Assembly: GCA_965656295.1 (NCBI GenBank)
Contig: CBFHKB010000002.1
Coordinates: 5,992 to 69,991 of the forward strand
Length of the DNA: 64,000 nucleotides
Reading direction: 5' to 3'
Source: Psychroflexus sp.
GTDB lineage: Bacteria > Bacteroidota > Bacteroidia > Flavobacteriales > Flavobacteriaceae
Of this stretch, positions 1-8,894 are shown piece after piece. How positions within the stretch are numbered: the first letter of the stretch is position 1; the number at the start of each line of letters is the position of its first letter. Under the pieces are notes generated by a model. That model was not told where the DNA came from, did not search any database, and was given only the letters and a program-made list of their open reading frames with translations. The position numbers were made by a program, and so were the translations under genes.

Positions 1-395
1 TTTTTAAGTTAAATACCTATTTTTCAAAATTAATGGCTAGAACAGATTACAAAGCCAAACTTGAAGAAACACATCATATTCATAAAAAAGATGCACCAAG
101 CGGTACGGCCATTAGCTTGGCAGAAGAGCTTATTAAACAAACTGATTATCAAGATTGGGATTGCCCACCAAAATCAAACCCACAACATTTACCGATCGAA
201 GCTTATAGAAAAGATGAAGTTTTCGGAGACCCTTCTGTAACATTTTATAACGAAATAGACCAATTAAGCATAAGCCATAGCGCCCATTCTCGAGATGGGT
301 TCTCTAAAGGTGCGATAATTGCTGCCGAATGGATTATTAATCAACCTGCTGGTGTTTATACCATGGCTGAAGTTTTAGACGACTTAATACATTAA
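1..395 (+). CDS. dapB: 4-hydroxy-tetrahydrodipicolinate reductase (DapB), C-terminal part; 5' end lies outside the window
   Basis: The frame is open from nt 3 to the TAA at 393-395, so track ORF 33..395 starts at an internal Met. HHIHKKDAPSGTA matches the DapB HHxxKxDAPSGTA signature. Confidence 0.85.
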   Translation, partial: FKLNTYFSKLMARTDYKAKLEETHHIHKKDAPSGTAISLAEELIKQTDYQDWDCPPKSNPQHLPIEAYRKDEVFGDPSVTFYNEIDQLSISHSAHSRDGFSKGAIIAAEWIINQPAGVYTMAEVLDDLIH

Positions 396-398
396 ATT

Positions 399-1976
399 AT
401 GCTTACATTTTTTGACTTACTTATTTTATTTGCTGCTGTTCAAGTCATTCATTTTCTTGGAACTTGGAAACTCTATCAACGTGCTGGTTACCAAGCTTGG
501 GAAGCAGCGGTTCCTGTTTATAATGCCATTACACTCTTTAAAATAATCAAACGCCCTTGGTGGTGGGTATTTTTGCTTTTTATTCCCGTTATTAACGTGA
601 TCATGTTTCCAGTCATCTGGGTAGAAACGGCCCGTAGTTTTGGTAAAAACTCAACTGTAGATACCTTGTTAGCTATTTTTACGCTTGGTTTTTATAATTA
701 TTATTTAAACTATCTTACCACGCATGCTTATGTAGGTAATCGAAGCTTGACACCAAAAACGAAAGCTGGTGAATTTTTAAGTTCAGTTGTGTTTGCAGTT
801 GTAGCTGCAACAGTTGTGCATACTTATGTTATGCAGCCGTTCACTATACCAACATCATCTTTAGAAAAGAGTTTATTAATAGGCGATTTTCTATTTGTGA
901 GTAAATTTCATTACGGCGCCAGAGTTCCAAAAACAGCGGTAGCCTTACCTATGGTGCATGATTCTATTCCTGGTACAGGTATAAAGTCTTACACTTCTTC
1001 TCTAGAACTGCCTTTAATGCGTTTACCAGGTTTTACGTCAATACAACGTAATGATATTGTGGTATTTAATTGGCCAGTAGATACCGTTCGGAAATTTCGA
1101 GATACCTCCGGAAAGTCATACTATAAACCCGTTGATAAAAAGTCTAATTATGTGAAGCGAACAGTCGGTGTGCCTGGTGATTCTTTAGCGATTGTTGATG
1201 GTAAGATTTACATCGATTCTAAACCTTTAGATTTACCAGAACGTGCAAGGCCACAATACTCCTACATTGTTCAAGGAAAAGGTCAAGGCTTTAATTTACG
1301 TAGTTTAGTTGAAATTTATGACATTACCGATGGGATTGCTTGGCATAACAAATCTAAACGGCAGTATATGATTCCTGCCATGACTAAAGAAGCCGCTCAA
1401 AAGCTTAAAAACCATCCTAATGTCGAATGGATCGAACGTAAAATTTCAGCTAAAGATGAAAAGGATCTAAGCATTTTTCCTAATAATGGTAAAGTGAGCT
1501 GGAATAGAGATCAATTTGGTCCCATCTATATTCCAAAGAAAGGTGCTAGTGTTAAAATGAATGCTGAAAGCTTCTCCTTATATCGTCGTATCATTGAAGT
1601 TTATGAAGGCAGTGAATTTGGTATTGAACAGCAACTTAGCATTAAAGGGGAACAAGTTTTTCTAAACCAAGAACCTATTGATAACTATACCTTTAAGCAA
1701 GACTACTATTTCATGATGGGTGATAATAGGCATAATAGTGAAGATAGCCGTTTTTGGGGCTACGTACCTATGAGTCATGTAGTTGGTAAACCAGTCTTTA
1801 TTTGGTTAAGTTTAGATCAAAATGCTTCAGGGATTACAGACAAACTTAGGTTTGATCGAATGTTTACAACTGTTGCTGGAGAAGGTGAACGCGTGTCTTA
1901 TTTTCAATATTTTTTAATCGCTTTAGCCTTATGGTTTGGCATAAGTTATTTTAGAAAAAAGCGTAAAACGTCTTAA
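399..1976 (+). CDS. lepB: signal peptidase I (S26), long Bacteroidota form with an N-terminal multi-TM extension
   Basis: Ser box PTSSLEKSLLIGD and box E GDNRHNSEDSRFWGYVP. Starts 4 nt after the dapB stop. Confidence 0.9.
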   Translation: MLTFFDLLILFAAVQVIHFLGTWKLYQRAGYQAWEAAVPVYNAITLFKIIKRPWWWVFLLFIPVINVIMFPVIWVETARSFGKNSTVDTLLAIFTLGFYNYYLNYLTTHAYVGNRSLTPKTKAGEFLSSVVFAVVAATVVHTYVMQPFTIPTSSLEKSLLIGDFLFVSKFHYGARVPKTAVALPMVHDSIPGTGIKSYTSSLELPLMRLPGFTSIQRNDIVVFNWPVDTVRKFRDTSGKSYYKPVDKKSNYVKRTVGVPGDSLAIVDGKIYIDSKPLDLPERARPQYSYIVQGKGQGFNLRSLVEIYDITDGIAWHNKSKRQYMIPAMTKEAAQKLKNHPNVEWIERKISAKDEKDLSIFPNNGKVSWNRDQFGPIYIPKKGASVKMNAESFSLYRRIIEVYEGSEFGIEQQLSIKGEQVFLNQEPIDNYTFKQDYYFMMGDNRHNSEDSRFWGYVPMSHVVGKPVFIWLSLDQNASGITDKLRFDRMFTTVAGEGERVSYFQYFLIALALWFGISYFRKKRKTS

Positions 1977-2600
1977 ATGGAAGCAGCTGTTTTTCATCCC
2001 ACTTATTTTGGTCCCATAGACCAATACATTGCTATGTTTAAAGCAAAGTCTATCACATTTGAGAAATTCGATAATTACCAAAAACAAACCTATCGGAACC
2101 GTCAATATATTTATGGAGCCAATGGGCGTTTATTGCTCAATATACCTATCAAACATAGAAAGGCTCAGGCAAAACGACAGTTGTATAAAGATGTAAAGAT
2201 TGAACAGAGTTTTAAATGGCAACAACTGCATTGGAAGTCTATTCAAACGGCATATCGAACGTCTCCGTTTTTTGAATTTTACGAAGATGATTTTGCATTT
2301 TTATTTGAAAAACCAGCTCATTATTTAATGGATTATAATTTGAAGTGTACAGAAGTTGTGTGTACTGCTCTTGGTTTAGAATTTTCACCAAGTTTCACTC
2401 AAAAATATAAACCTAATAGTGAAGATTTAACGAAGATTGATCACCGTAATTTTGCTATAGCCAAGCGTTCTTCATTTTATAAAATAAACACGTATAACCA
2501 GGTGTTTGAGCCAAAATTTGGATTTATTCCTAATCTTAGTATTCTTGATTTACTATTCAATTTAGGGCCTTCAAGCGAAGCTTATTTACAAGATTTTTAA
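1977..2600 (+). CDS. WbqC-family protein
   Basis: The N-terminus FHPTYFGPIDQY..NYQKQTYRNR and the position directly after lepB (stop and ATG abut) are typical of WbqC-like proteins in Flavobacteriia. Recognised from memory only. Confidence 0.65.
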   Translation: MEAAVFHPTYFGPIDQYIAMFKAKSITFEKFDNYQKQTYRNRQYIYGANGRLLLNIPIKHRKAQAKRQLYKDVKIEQSFKWQQLHWKSIQTAYRTSPFFEFYEDDFAFLFEKPAHYLMDYNLKCTEVVCTALGLEFSPSFTQKYKPNSEDLTKIDHRNFAIAKRSSFYKINTYNQVFEPKFGFIPNLSILDLLFNLGPSSEAYLQDF

Positions 2601-3637
2601 ATGACTACTTCAGTTGAAATAGGGTAGTGGTCTGAATATTTAAACTTGTAATTTTTAAATTCAACAGCTTTGAGTTGCTTGTCAATATAAATAACATCAA
2701 TTCGCAGAGGTATAAAATCAAAATCAAAGGTTTTTCCAAAGCCAGAACCGGCTTCTTCAAAGCTATCTTTTAGCCGATCGCCTAAAATGAGTTGAGACAC
2801 ATATGATACTGCAGAATTATTAAGATCGCCACATACTATAACCTTGTAAGGCGACAATTTAATTTCATGTGCTAACTGCTCGGCTTGCGTCTGCTGTTTT
2901 ATAAATGATTTACCAATACGATTTAAAAGTTGTTGCTGATTCTGGTTTTGAAACTGCTTTACATCGGGCTTAATTTTTAGCGATTCTAAATGTATAGAAA
3001 ACACACGTAAGGTATCTTGATCAACAACAATATCGGCGTAAATAGCATTATTACCAGTTTCCTCAAACCTTAAGTTGTGCGTGTTAATAATTTTATAGCG
3101 ACTGTAGATCGCTAAACCAAACTTACCATTAGGCTCGCTTCTTGGCTGTTTGTAACTAAACTTAAAATCTTGTAAATGTGTTTCGCGGTTGATATAATAA
3201 TCTTGTAAGGCTAAAATATCAGGTTTTTCTTGGTGTATAAATTGCTTTATTTTATGCGGAATCTCTTTATCATTAGTCCATTTATACGCATTAAACAGTC
3301 GTACATTATAACTTAATAGGTTTAAAGTTTCGGTAGAACTTTTAGTTAGGCCTTTATTAGAATTCAACGCATAAATAGAATCCCAGTAACCAAAGCCAAC
3401 TAATAAACAGGCTAGCGATAGAATCATTTGGCGTTTCCATACCACTAACCAATAGATTGTGAATATGACATTACATAAAATAAATAAACCTAAGCCTAAA
3501 TTTAGAATGGATAGGGTCGATGATAGTTTTGGCGGTATAAAGGGCAATATGTAGGCAAAAATTAAAAGTAAAGCAAACAGAATGTTTAGTAAATAAACAA
3601 CCTTATGAGTAAATGATAATGTTTTAAACCTTGCCAT
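2597..3637 (-). CDS. membrane-anchored endonuclease/exonuclease/phosphatase (EEP) family protein
   Basis: About 3 N-terminal TM helices followed by EEP-fold motifs (LLSYNV, CGDLN, SDHYPI). The 3' end overlaps the wbqC-like gene by 4 nt (convergent). Confidence 0.8.
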   Translation of the reverse strand: MARFKTLSFTHKVVYLLNILFALLLIFAYILPFIPPKLSSTLSILNLGLGLFILCNVIFTIYWLVVWKRQMILSLACLLVGFGYWDSIYALNSNKGLTKSSTETLNLLSYNVRLFNAYKWTNDKEIPHKIKQFIHQEKPDILALQDYYINRETHLQDFKFSYKQPRSEPNGKFGLAIYSRYKIINTHNLRFEETGNNAIYADIVVDQDTLRVFSIHLESLKIKPDVKQFQNQNQQQLLNRIGKSFIKQQTQAEQLAHEIKLSPYKVIVCGDLNNSAVSYVSQLILGDRLKDSFEEAGSGFGKTFDFDFIPLRIDVIYIDKQLKAVEFKNYKFKYSDHYPISTEVVI

Positions 3638-3642
3638 TTGGT

Positions 3643-4551
3643 TTATAGGTCTTTACCTGCTTTAAATAAAAAATCTTTTTCTTCTTTTGTTAAGCTGTCG
3701 TAACCACTTTTGCTGATTTTATCAAGGATGTCATCAATTTTTTGTTGATTTTTTTGATAGCCTTGTGATTTAGAATTAGTTGATTTTTTAGTCCTAGTAC
3801 CTGTCTTGTTTTTGTGAACAGTTTTCATTTTAGGACCTTTAGAACTATTAAAAAACTGGGCAAACCAATCTATACTTGACTCGATCCAAGCTCCAATATC
3901 GTTACCTTTATCAAGTTGTTTAGTGTAAGTGTAACCAATTAAGGCACCGCCAATATGCGCTAGGTGACCGCCGGGATTCCCAAACGGAATTTGTATAAAG
4001 TCTACGACAACTAAAAAAGCAGCAATCCACCATAATTTTAAATTACCTAAGAAAAACAATCTCACTTGTAAGTGAGGTGCCTTGGTTGCCACACCAACTA
4101 ATACTGCCATAACGGCTGCCGATGCACCGATTAAAAACGATTTCCCAGTTCCTTGAAATGCAGGGAAAAGATTATAACTTAAACTAAATAACAACGCGCC
4201 TGAGATTGCCCCTAGAACGTAATAATTTACTAAGCGTTTGGGTGAGTAGAAAGTCAAAAAAAACTGACCAGAAAAATACAGAATGATCATATTTGATAGA
4301 ATATGAAAAATCCCCGAATGCATAAATGCGTAGGTTACAATACTCCACGGTCTCCATATAAAATCACCTAAATCTTTTGGAAAACTAAGCCATTGAGTCA
4401 CAAAACCACCTGAATTAGTCGATCCTGTCATTAGAAACACTAGCGTATTAATCGCAAATGTAAGCACAAACATAATGACATTATAAACGATAAGCTTCTC
4501 GACTATAGTGGCCAGGTTGTATTTATATTTTAATTGCTCCTTCCAATTCAT
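3643..4551 (-). CDS. rhomboid family intramembrane serine protease with a basic C-terminal tail
   Basis: HSGIFHILSNM, GASAAV (GxSx catalytic Ser) and AHIGGALIG (catalytic His) in a polytopic membrane protein. Confidence 0.85.
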   Translation of the reverse strand: MNWKEQLKYKYNLATIVEKLIVYNVIMFVLTFAINTLVFLMTGSTNSGGFVTQWLSFPKDLGDFIWRPWSIVTYAFMHSGIFHILSNMIILYFSGQFFLTFYSPKRLVNYYVLGAISGALLFSLSYNLFPAFQGTGKSFLIGASAAVMAVLVGVATKAPHLQVRLFFLGNLKLWWIAAFLVVVDFIQIPFGNPGGHLAHIGGALIGYTYTKQLDKGNDIGAWIESSIDWFAQFFNSSKGPKMKTVHKNKTGTRTKKSTNSKSQGYQKNQQKIDDILDKISKSGYDSLTKEEKDFLFKAGKDL

Positions 4552-4552
4552 A

Positions 4553-5311
4553 TCAATTCCATCGGTTTTGGTTAAATTGATTTTTTTTCCAATACCACAT
4601 CATCAAAAACCCTATAATGGCTCCACCAATATGTGCCCAATATGCTGTATTAGATGGTCCTAAAAGACTAACGCCCGACAGGGCAGAAAATACATTAATT
4701 AAAAAGTAACCACCAATTAAGTACTTTGCTTTTATAGGAATAGGTACAAAAATAATATAAAGTGGTAAATTAGGATAAACAATGGCAAAAGCAGCTAAGA
4801 CTCCAAAAATAGCTCCAGATGCACCAACCATTGGAACTACATACGTGCCGAGCAATTGGTCTGTCACTCCTTGAGGGATTTGGCTAAATACCCGATACTG
4901 TCCAGTTTCATAAACACTGGTCAACATTTGATTAATTTCACTGGCTGGGATACCTTGATCGAGATAAGCATTATAGGCTTCATTAAAATTTAAATAACTA
5001 AAAAGTATTTGTAAGCCAGCGGCACCTAAACCCGCCGAAAAGTATAAAAATAAAAACCGCTGTTGTCCCAAGTAATTTTCTAAAGCACTTCCGAAAATAT
5101 AAAGTGCAAACATATTAAATAGAATGTGCGATAGGGTTTCTTGCGCATGCATAAACATATGCGAGAATATTTGCCAAATACCAAAGTTAGGATTTTCGGG
5201 AAACCAGAGGGCGAAAACTTTATAAGCGTAATCTCCAATAAGTTGTGAACCCACAAAAAAAATGATATTCACAATTAAAAGCGTTTTAACTGTAGACGTT
5301 ATTTGTTGCAT
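4553..5311 (-). CDS. rhomboid family intramembrane serine protease (second paralogue)
   Basis: HMFMH..HILFNM, GASGAIFG and AHIGGAIIG. The track start at 5314 is a TTG. The ATG at 5309-5311 shares one base with the mutL TGA stop (TGATG overlap). Confidence 0.85.
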   Translation of the reverse strand: MQQITSTVKTLLIVNIIFFVGSQLIGDYAYKVFALWFPENPNFGIWQIFSHMFMHAQETLSHILFNMFALYIFGSALENYLGQQRFLFLYFSAGLGAAGLQILFSYLNFNEAYNAYLDQGIPASEINQMLTSVYETGQYRVFSQIPQGVTDQLLGTYVVPMVGASGAIFGVLAAFAIVYPNLPLYIIFVPIPIKAKYLIGGYFLINVFSALSGVSLLGPSNTAYWAHIGGAIIGFLMMWYWKKNQFNQNRWN

Positions 5312-7122
5312 CAAGCGAATTTTTTAGTAATATCCTCAAGACTCAAATTTATATAAATTTGTTTGCCGTCGGGTGTTTTTAAGTAATCTTTACAAGCAAA
5401 TAACGTGTCAATAATTTGATGAAGTTCTGTTTGCTCTAAATTTACTCCCGTTCTTATAGCCATGTTTTTAGCTAAAGCCTGTGCCAAAATAGTGTTGCTT
5501 TCGAAACTACTTTGAGGGATTTCATGGTCAAATGCCGAAAATATGTGATCTAAAATGCCTGATACATCTGTTTCTTGTATCATATCAGGAATACCGTTAA
5601 TAACTAGTGTTTTATTACGCTTAACGTTAAACCTAAACCCCGTATTTTCAATTGATTCTCGTAAACCCGTAAATACTGCCTTTGTTTTTTGGTCAAGTTC
5701 TAGCTCTAACGGAAATAATAACTGCTGGCTAGCTGCGGGTTTTTCAGTAATATTTTTTAAGAGTTCTTCATAAAGAATTCTGAAATGCGCTCGATGTTGG
5801 TTGATTAAAATGAGTCCTGATTTAAAGGCGGTAACGATGTATTTTTGGCTAAGTTGAAAGGCTTTTGTCTGACTTGCAAATTCAGTTTCGTTAAACAACT
5901 TAGATTCAAATTCTACAGGTTCAGACGGCGTTATGGGAGTTTCAGTGGTGTATAAATCTTGCCAGTTTTTTACAGGTTTAGATTTAGGTTGAAATGGCCG
6001 TGAATTAACTTCCGTTTTAAAAGGATTGTAATTGCGATCTACTTCTATACTAGGAAGTTTTGCTGGAGATTTTTGTTGTTGGTAACTTGTGTCTAAATTT
6101 TGGTCTTTTTCAAAGTCTAAGATAGGTGCAATATTAAATTGACCAAGGCTGTGCTTTATAGAACTTTGTATAATACTGTAAATTGCATGTTGATCATCAA
6201 ACTTTATTTCGGTCTTAGCGGGGTGTATATTTATATCAATACGTTCGGGGTTTATAGTCAAATAAAGAAAGTAAGAGGGATACGTTTTATCCTTCAGTAA
6301 ACCGTCAAATCCAGCTATGATAGCATGATTTAAATAATGGTCTTTTATAAATCGATGATTTACAAAAATAAACTGTTCACCACGACTTCGTCTGGCGAAT
6401 TCAGGTTTTCCTATAAAACCATTGACTTCAATTAAATCGGTTTTTTCTTTAACAGGGACTAATTTCTCATTGCTTTTTGCTCCCATAATCCCAACAATAC
6501 GTTGTCTTAAATTACAGGCCTGTAGCTTAAATAATTCAGTATTGTTATGGTGAAATTCGAAATTGAGATCAGGATGGGCTAAAGCGACTCGTTGAAACTC
6601 ATCGATGATGTGTTTAAGTTCAACTTGGTCAGACTTTAAAAAATTTCGACGTGCTGGAATATTAAAAAATAGATGCTTAACCGCTATGGAGGTTCCTTTG
6701 CTTGTTACGCTTGGCGTTTGACTAAGAACTTTACTGCCTTCAACTTGAATATGTGTCCCAATTTCATCGGCTTCAGTTTTAGTTTTGATATCTAGGTGTG
6801 CTATAGCTGCAATAGATGCCAAAGCTTCACCCCGAAAGCCTTTGGTTTGTAATTTAAACAAGTCTTCAGCAGTACTAATTTTAGAAGTCGCATGACGTTC
6901 TAGCGAAAGCCGTGCATCGGTCTCATTCATGCCTATACCATCATCAACGACTTGAATAAGTGATTTGCCTGCATCTTTAACAATAAGTTTGATGAGTTTA
7001 GATTGAGCATCTACTGCATTTTCAAGTAATTCTTTAACTACCGATGCGGGACGTTGTACCACTTCACCCGCAGCGATTTGATTGGCAACGTGGTCTGGTA
7101 ATAATTTAATAATATTACTCAT
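5311..7122 (-). CDS. mutL: DNA mismatch repair protein MutL
   Basis: GHKL ATPase motifs (IAAGEVVQRPASVVKELLENAVDA, DDGIGM, GFRGEAL). Start placed at the Met of MSNIIKLLPDHVANQIAAGEV (7120-7122) rather than the track start at 7158. Confidence 0.93.
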   Translation of the reverse strand: MSNIIKLLPDHVANQIAAGEVVQRPASVVKELLENAVDAQSKLIKLIVKDAGKSLIQVVDDGIGMNETDARLSLERHATSKISTAEDLFKLQTKGFRGEALASIAAIAHLDIKTKTEADEIGTHIQVEGSKVLSQTPSVTSKGTSIAVKHLFFNIPARRNFLKSDQVELKHIIDEFQRVALAHPDLNFEFHHNNTELFKLQACNLRQRIVGIMGAKSNEKLVPVKEKTDLIEVNGFIGKPEFARRSRGEQFIFVNHRFIKDHYLNHAIIAGFDGLLKDKTYPSYFLYLTINPERIDINIHPAKTEIKFDDQHAIYSIIQSSIKHSLGQFNIAPILDFEKDQNLDTSYQQQKSPAKLPSIEVDRNYNPFKTEVNSRPFQPKSKPVKNWQDLYTTETPITPSEPVEFESKLFNETEFASQTKAFQLSQKYIVTAFKSGLILINQHRAHFRILYEELLKNITEKPAASQQLLFPLELELDQKTKAVFTGLRESIENTGFRFNVKRNKTLVINGIPDMIQETDVSGILDHIFSAFDHEIPQSSFESNTILAQALAKNMAIRTGVNLEQTELHQIIDTLFACKDYLKTPDGKQIYINLSLEDITKKFA

Positions 7123-7417
7123 ATTGAGATTGACTAAATATTGAGAGGTCAAAGTCAATGAGCCATAAAAAAATAAATGCCAAGATTAATGCGATGATAA
7201 TTACACGTTTATTAATCGACCGGTTTCCACGATGGCGACTGTTTTTTCTGGCATCGGCCCAATGCGAGCCAAAGTCTATAGAGTTGTGAGTAGATTTATA
7301 TTTATTAAAACTAGAGTCAATCTCATAGATATTACTAATCTTTTTACCGCTGTAATAACGTGGGGTGTAATTATATCTGGTGTTTTTAGGTAATTTAAAA
7401 GATTTGACTTTAAACAT
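7115..7417 (-). CDS. small basic protein with a C-terminal TM anchor, unknown function
   Basis: 100-aa ORF with a TAAATTTG box 17 nt upstream. It overlaps the mutL start by 8 nt. One hydrophobic helix (VIIIALILAFIFLWLI). No recognisable family. Confidence 0.5.
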   Translation of the reverse strand: MFKVKSFKLPKNTRYNYTPRYYSGKKISNIYEIDSSFNKYKSTHNSIDFGSHWADARKNSRHRGNRSINKRVIIIALILAFIFLWLIDFDLSIFSQSQYE

Positions 7418-7434
7418 AGTAATTAATATAAGTC

Positions 7435-7442
7435 CAAATTTA
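7435..7442 (-). promoter_or_regulatory. Bacteroidota sigmaA -7 box (TAnnTTTG) upstream of the small ORF/mutL operon
   Basis: TAAATTTG on the minus strand, 17 nt before the ATG at 7417. Confidence 0.45.
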
Positions 7443-7499
7443 ATGATTTACACCTTAACGGCGCAGGCATCATTAAATTTTTAAGAAAAGTAAATGAAA

Positions 7500-8006
7500 T
7501 TAAGCTTTGTAGAATTTAGCGTCTTTTCTAAGCTGGGCCATTTTAATAGCTGCCACAGCTGCTTCTGCTCCTTTGTTACCGTGTTTACCGCCTGATCGAT
7601 CACGAGATTGCTGTATGGTGTTATCGGTTAAGACACAAAAAATAGTGGGAATGTCTGATGTTAAATTTAGCTCGGCAATGCCGTTAGTCACTCCTTGACA
7701 AACAAAATCAAAATGTTTAGTTTCCCCTTGAATAACATTGCCAATAGCAATAACACAGTCTAGCATTTCAAAGCTCTGTTGAATTTTCTTACAACCGTAA
7801 ATTAATTCAAAGCTGCCAGGAACATTCCATCGTACAATATTATCTTTAATAACACCAATGTCGGTTAAGGCATCAAATGCTCCTTGAAATAAATTTTCTG
7901 TAATTTCGCTATTCCATTCAGACACAACAATCCCTATCTTAAAATCTTTAGCTTCAGGTAAGCTAGATTTGTCGTAAAATGATAAGTCTGTGCCTGCTGT
8001 AGCCAT
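7500..8006 (-). CDS. ribH: 6,7-dimethyl-8-ribityllumazine synthase
   Basis: Length and motifs (IVVSEWN, WNVPGSFEL, GETKHFDFV) are typical of RibH. Confidence 0.9.
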   Translation of the reverse strand: MATAGTDLSFYDKSSLPEAKDFKIGIVVSEWNSEITENLFQGAFDALTDIGVIKDNIVRWNVPGSFELIYGCKKIQQSFEMLDCVIAIGNVIQGETKHFDFVCQGVTNGIAELNLTSDIPTIFCVLTDNTIQQSRDRSGGKHGNKGAEAAVAAIKMAQLRKDAKFYKA

Positions 8007-8008
8007 AA

Positions 8009-8791
8009 TTATTGCATTGCTTCAGCTTGACCTAGATACACATCTGCTTCTTTAGCCTCATTGCTGTCGGCATATTCGTCTTTTAAGGTATTTAAATGAT
8101 TTAATGCGACACTAGCATTGTTAAGTTCAATTGCTGTAATTGCAGCTTTTAATAGGTATTTTGGTGCTGTAAACGAATTGTTTCTAATTTGAGCAGCTTG
8201 CTCATAATACTTTAAGGCTTGTTCAGGTTGGCCAATTTGTTGAAAGGCATCTGCAATAGTACCAAGTGCGATAGGCATTAAAAGTTCATCTTCGCTATCA
8301 AAATCGTCTAAATAATTAATAGCTTCTTGGTAGTTAGATAATCTAAAATTAGCCATCCCGGCATAGTAGTTAGCTAAATTACCAGATTTGGTACCGCCGT
8401 ATTGTGAGGCAATATCTACGAAGCCAAACTTTCCGTTACCACCTTCTAAAGATAAGCTGTAAAGCGAATCTTTTGCTTCTTTTCCAGAAGCTTCTAAAGC
8501 GTTTTTAAAGTAGATCTGAGCTTGGTTAAGCTCGTTTGCAGCTTCGGTTTCAGTTGGCTCTACAATAAATTTTTGATAAGCAAGTGATCCAAGAACAACA
8601 ACAATTACAACGATAATTGCTCCGAATATTTTCTTTTGGTATTTGCTAATAAATTCTTCAGTTTTACTTGCGCTTTGATCTAAAGATTCAAAAACTTCAG
8701 CGGTTGTTGAGTCTTGAACGTCTAAATCTTGAGATGTTTCGTTTTCAGGTTTCTGCTTATTTTTATATCCTCTTTTCTTGTATGATGCCAT
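8009..8791 (-). CDS. TM-anchored tetratricopeptide-repeat protein (YfgM-like)
   Basis: N-terminal TM helix (IFGAIIVVIVVVLGSLAY) plus TPR-like repeats (AQIYFKNA, ANYYAGMANFRLSNYQEAINY, ALKYYEQAA). Start moved to the ATG at 8789-8791 because a TATTTTTG box (8813-8820) lies inside the longer track ORF. Confidence 0.7.
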   Translation of the reverse strand: MASYKKRGYKNKQKPENETSQDLDVQDSTTAEVFESLDQSASKTEEFISKYQKKIFGAIIVVIVVVLGSLAYQKFIVEPTETEAANELNQAQIYFKNALEASGKEAKDSLYSLSLEGGNGKFGFVDIASQYGGTKSGNLANYYAGMANFRLSNYQEAINYLDDFDSEDELLMPIALGTIADAFQQIGQPEQALKYYEQAAQIRNNSFTAPKYLLKAAITAIELNNASVALNHLNTLKDEYADSNEAKEADVYLGQAEAMQ

Positions 8792-8812
8792 AATTATTGT
8801 TTGATCGACGCG

Positions 8813-8820
8813 CAAAAATA
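8813..8820 (-). promoter_or_regulatory. -7 box (TAnnTTTG) upstream of the TPR-ribH unit
   Basis: TATTTTTG on the minus strand, 21 nt before the ATG at 8791. Confidence 0.45.
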
Positions 8821-8894
8821 TAATTTTTATCGATATAAAAAATACATTTTATTTGATAATTTCGCTATTCGAATTTTAATGCTAAATTTTATCA

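Noticed and set aside
5555-5773. 72-aa plus-strand ORF inside mutL.
   Set aside because: It is antisense to a strongly supported gene. The product is low-complexity and Ser/Leu-rich, as expected from the reverse frame of an AT-rich gene, and there is no promoter box.
7123-7158. N-terminal extensions of track ORFs: mutL to 7158, TPR to 8815, ccoI from 23779, ccoS from 26267, fixH from 31285, rplS to 61168, DUF4199 to 57948, the 51371 gene to 51856, and the 17161 gene to 17835.
   Set aside because: The conserved N-termini or signal peptides begin at internal Met codons. Several extensions start at TTG or GTG, or run across promoter boxes or terminators.
8007-8008. I looked for an FMN riboswitch upstream of ribH.
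   Set aside because: ribH starts 2 nt after the preceding TPR gene, so there is no room for a leader. No RFN-like element is present.
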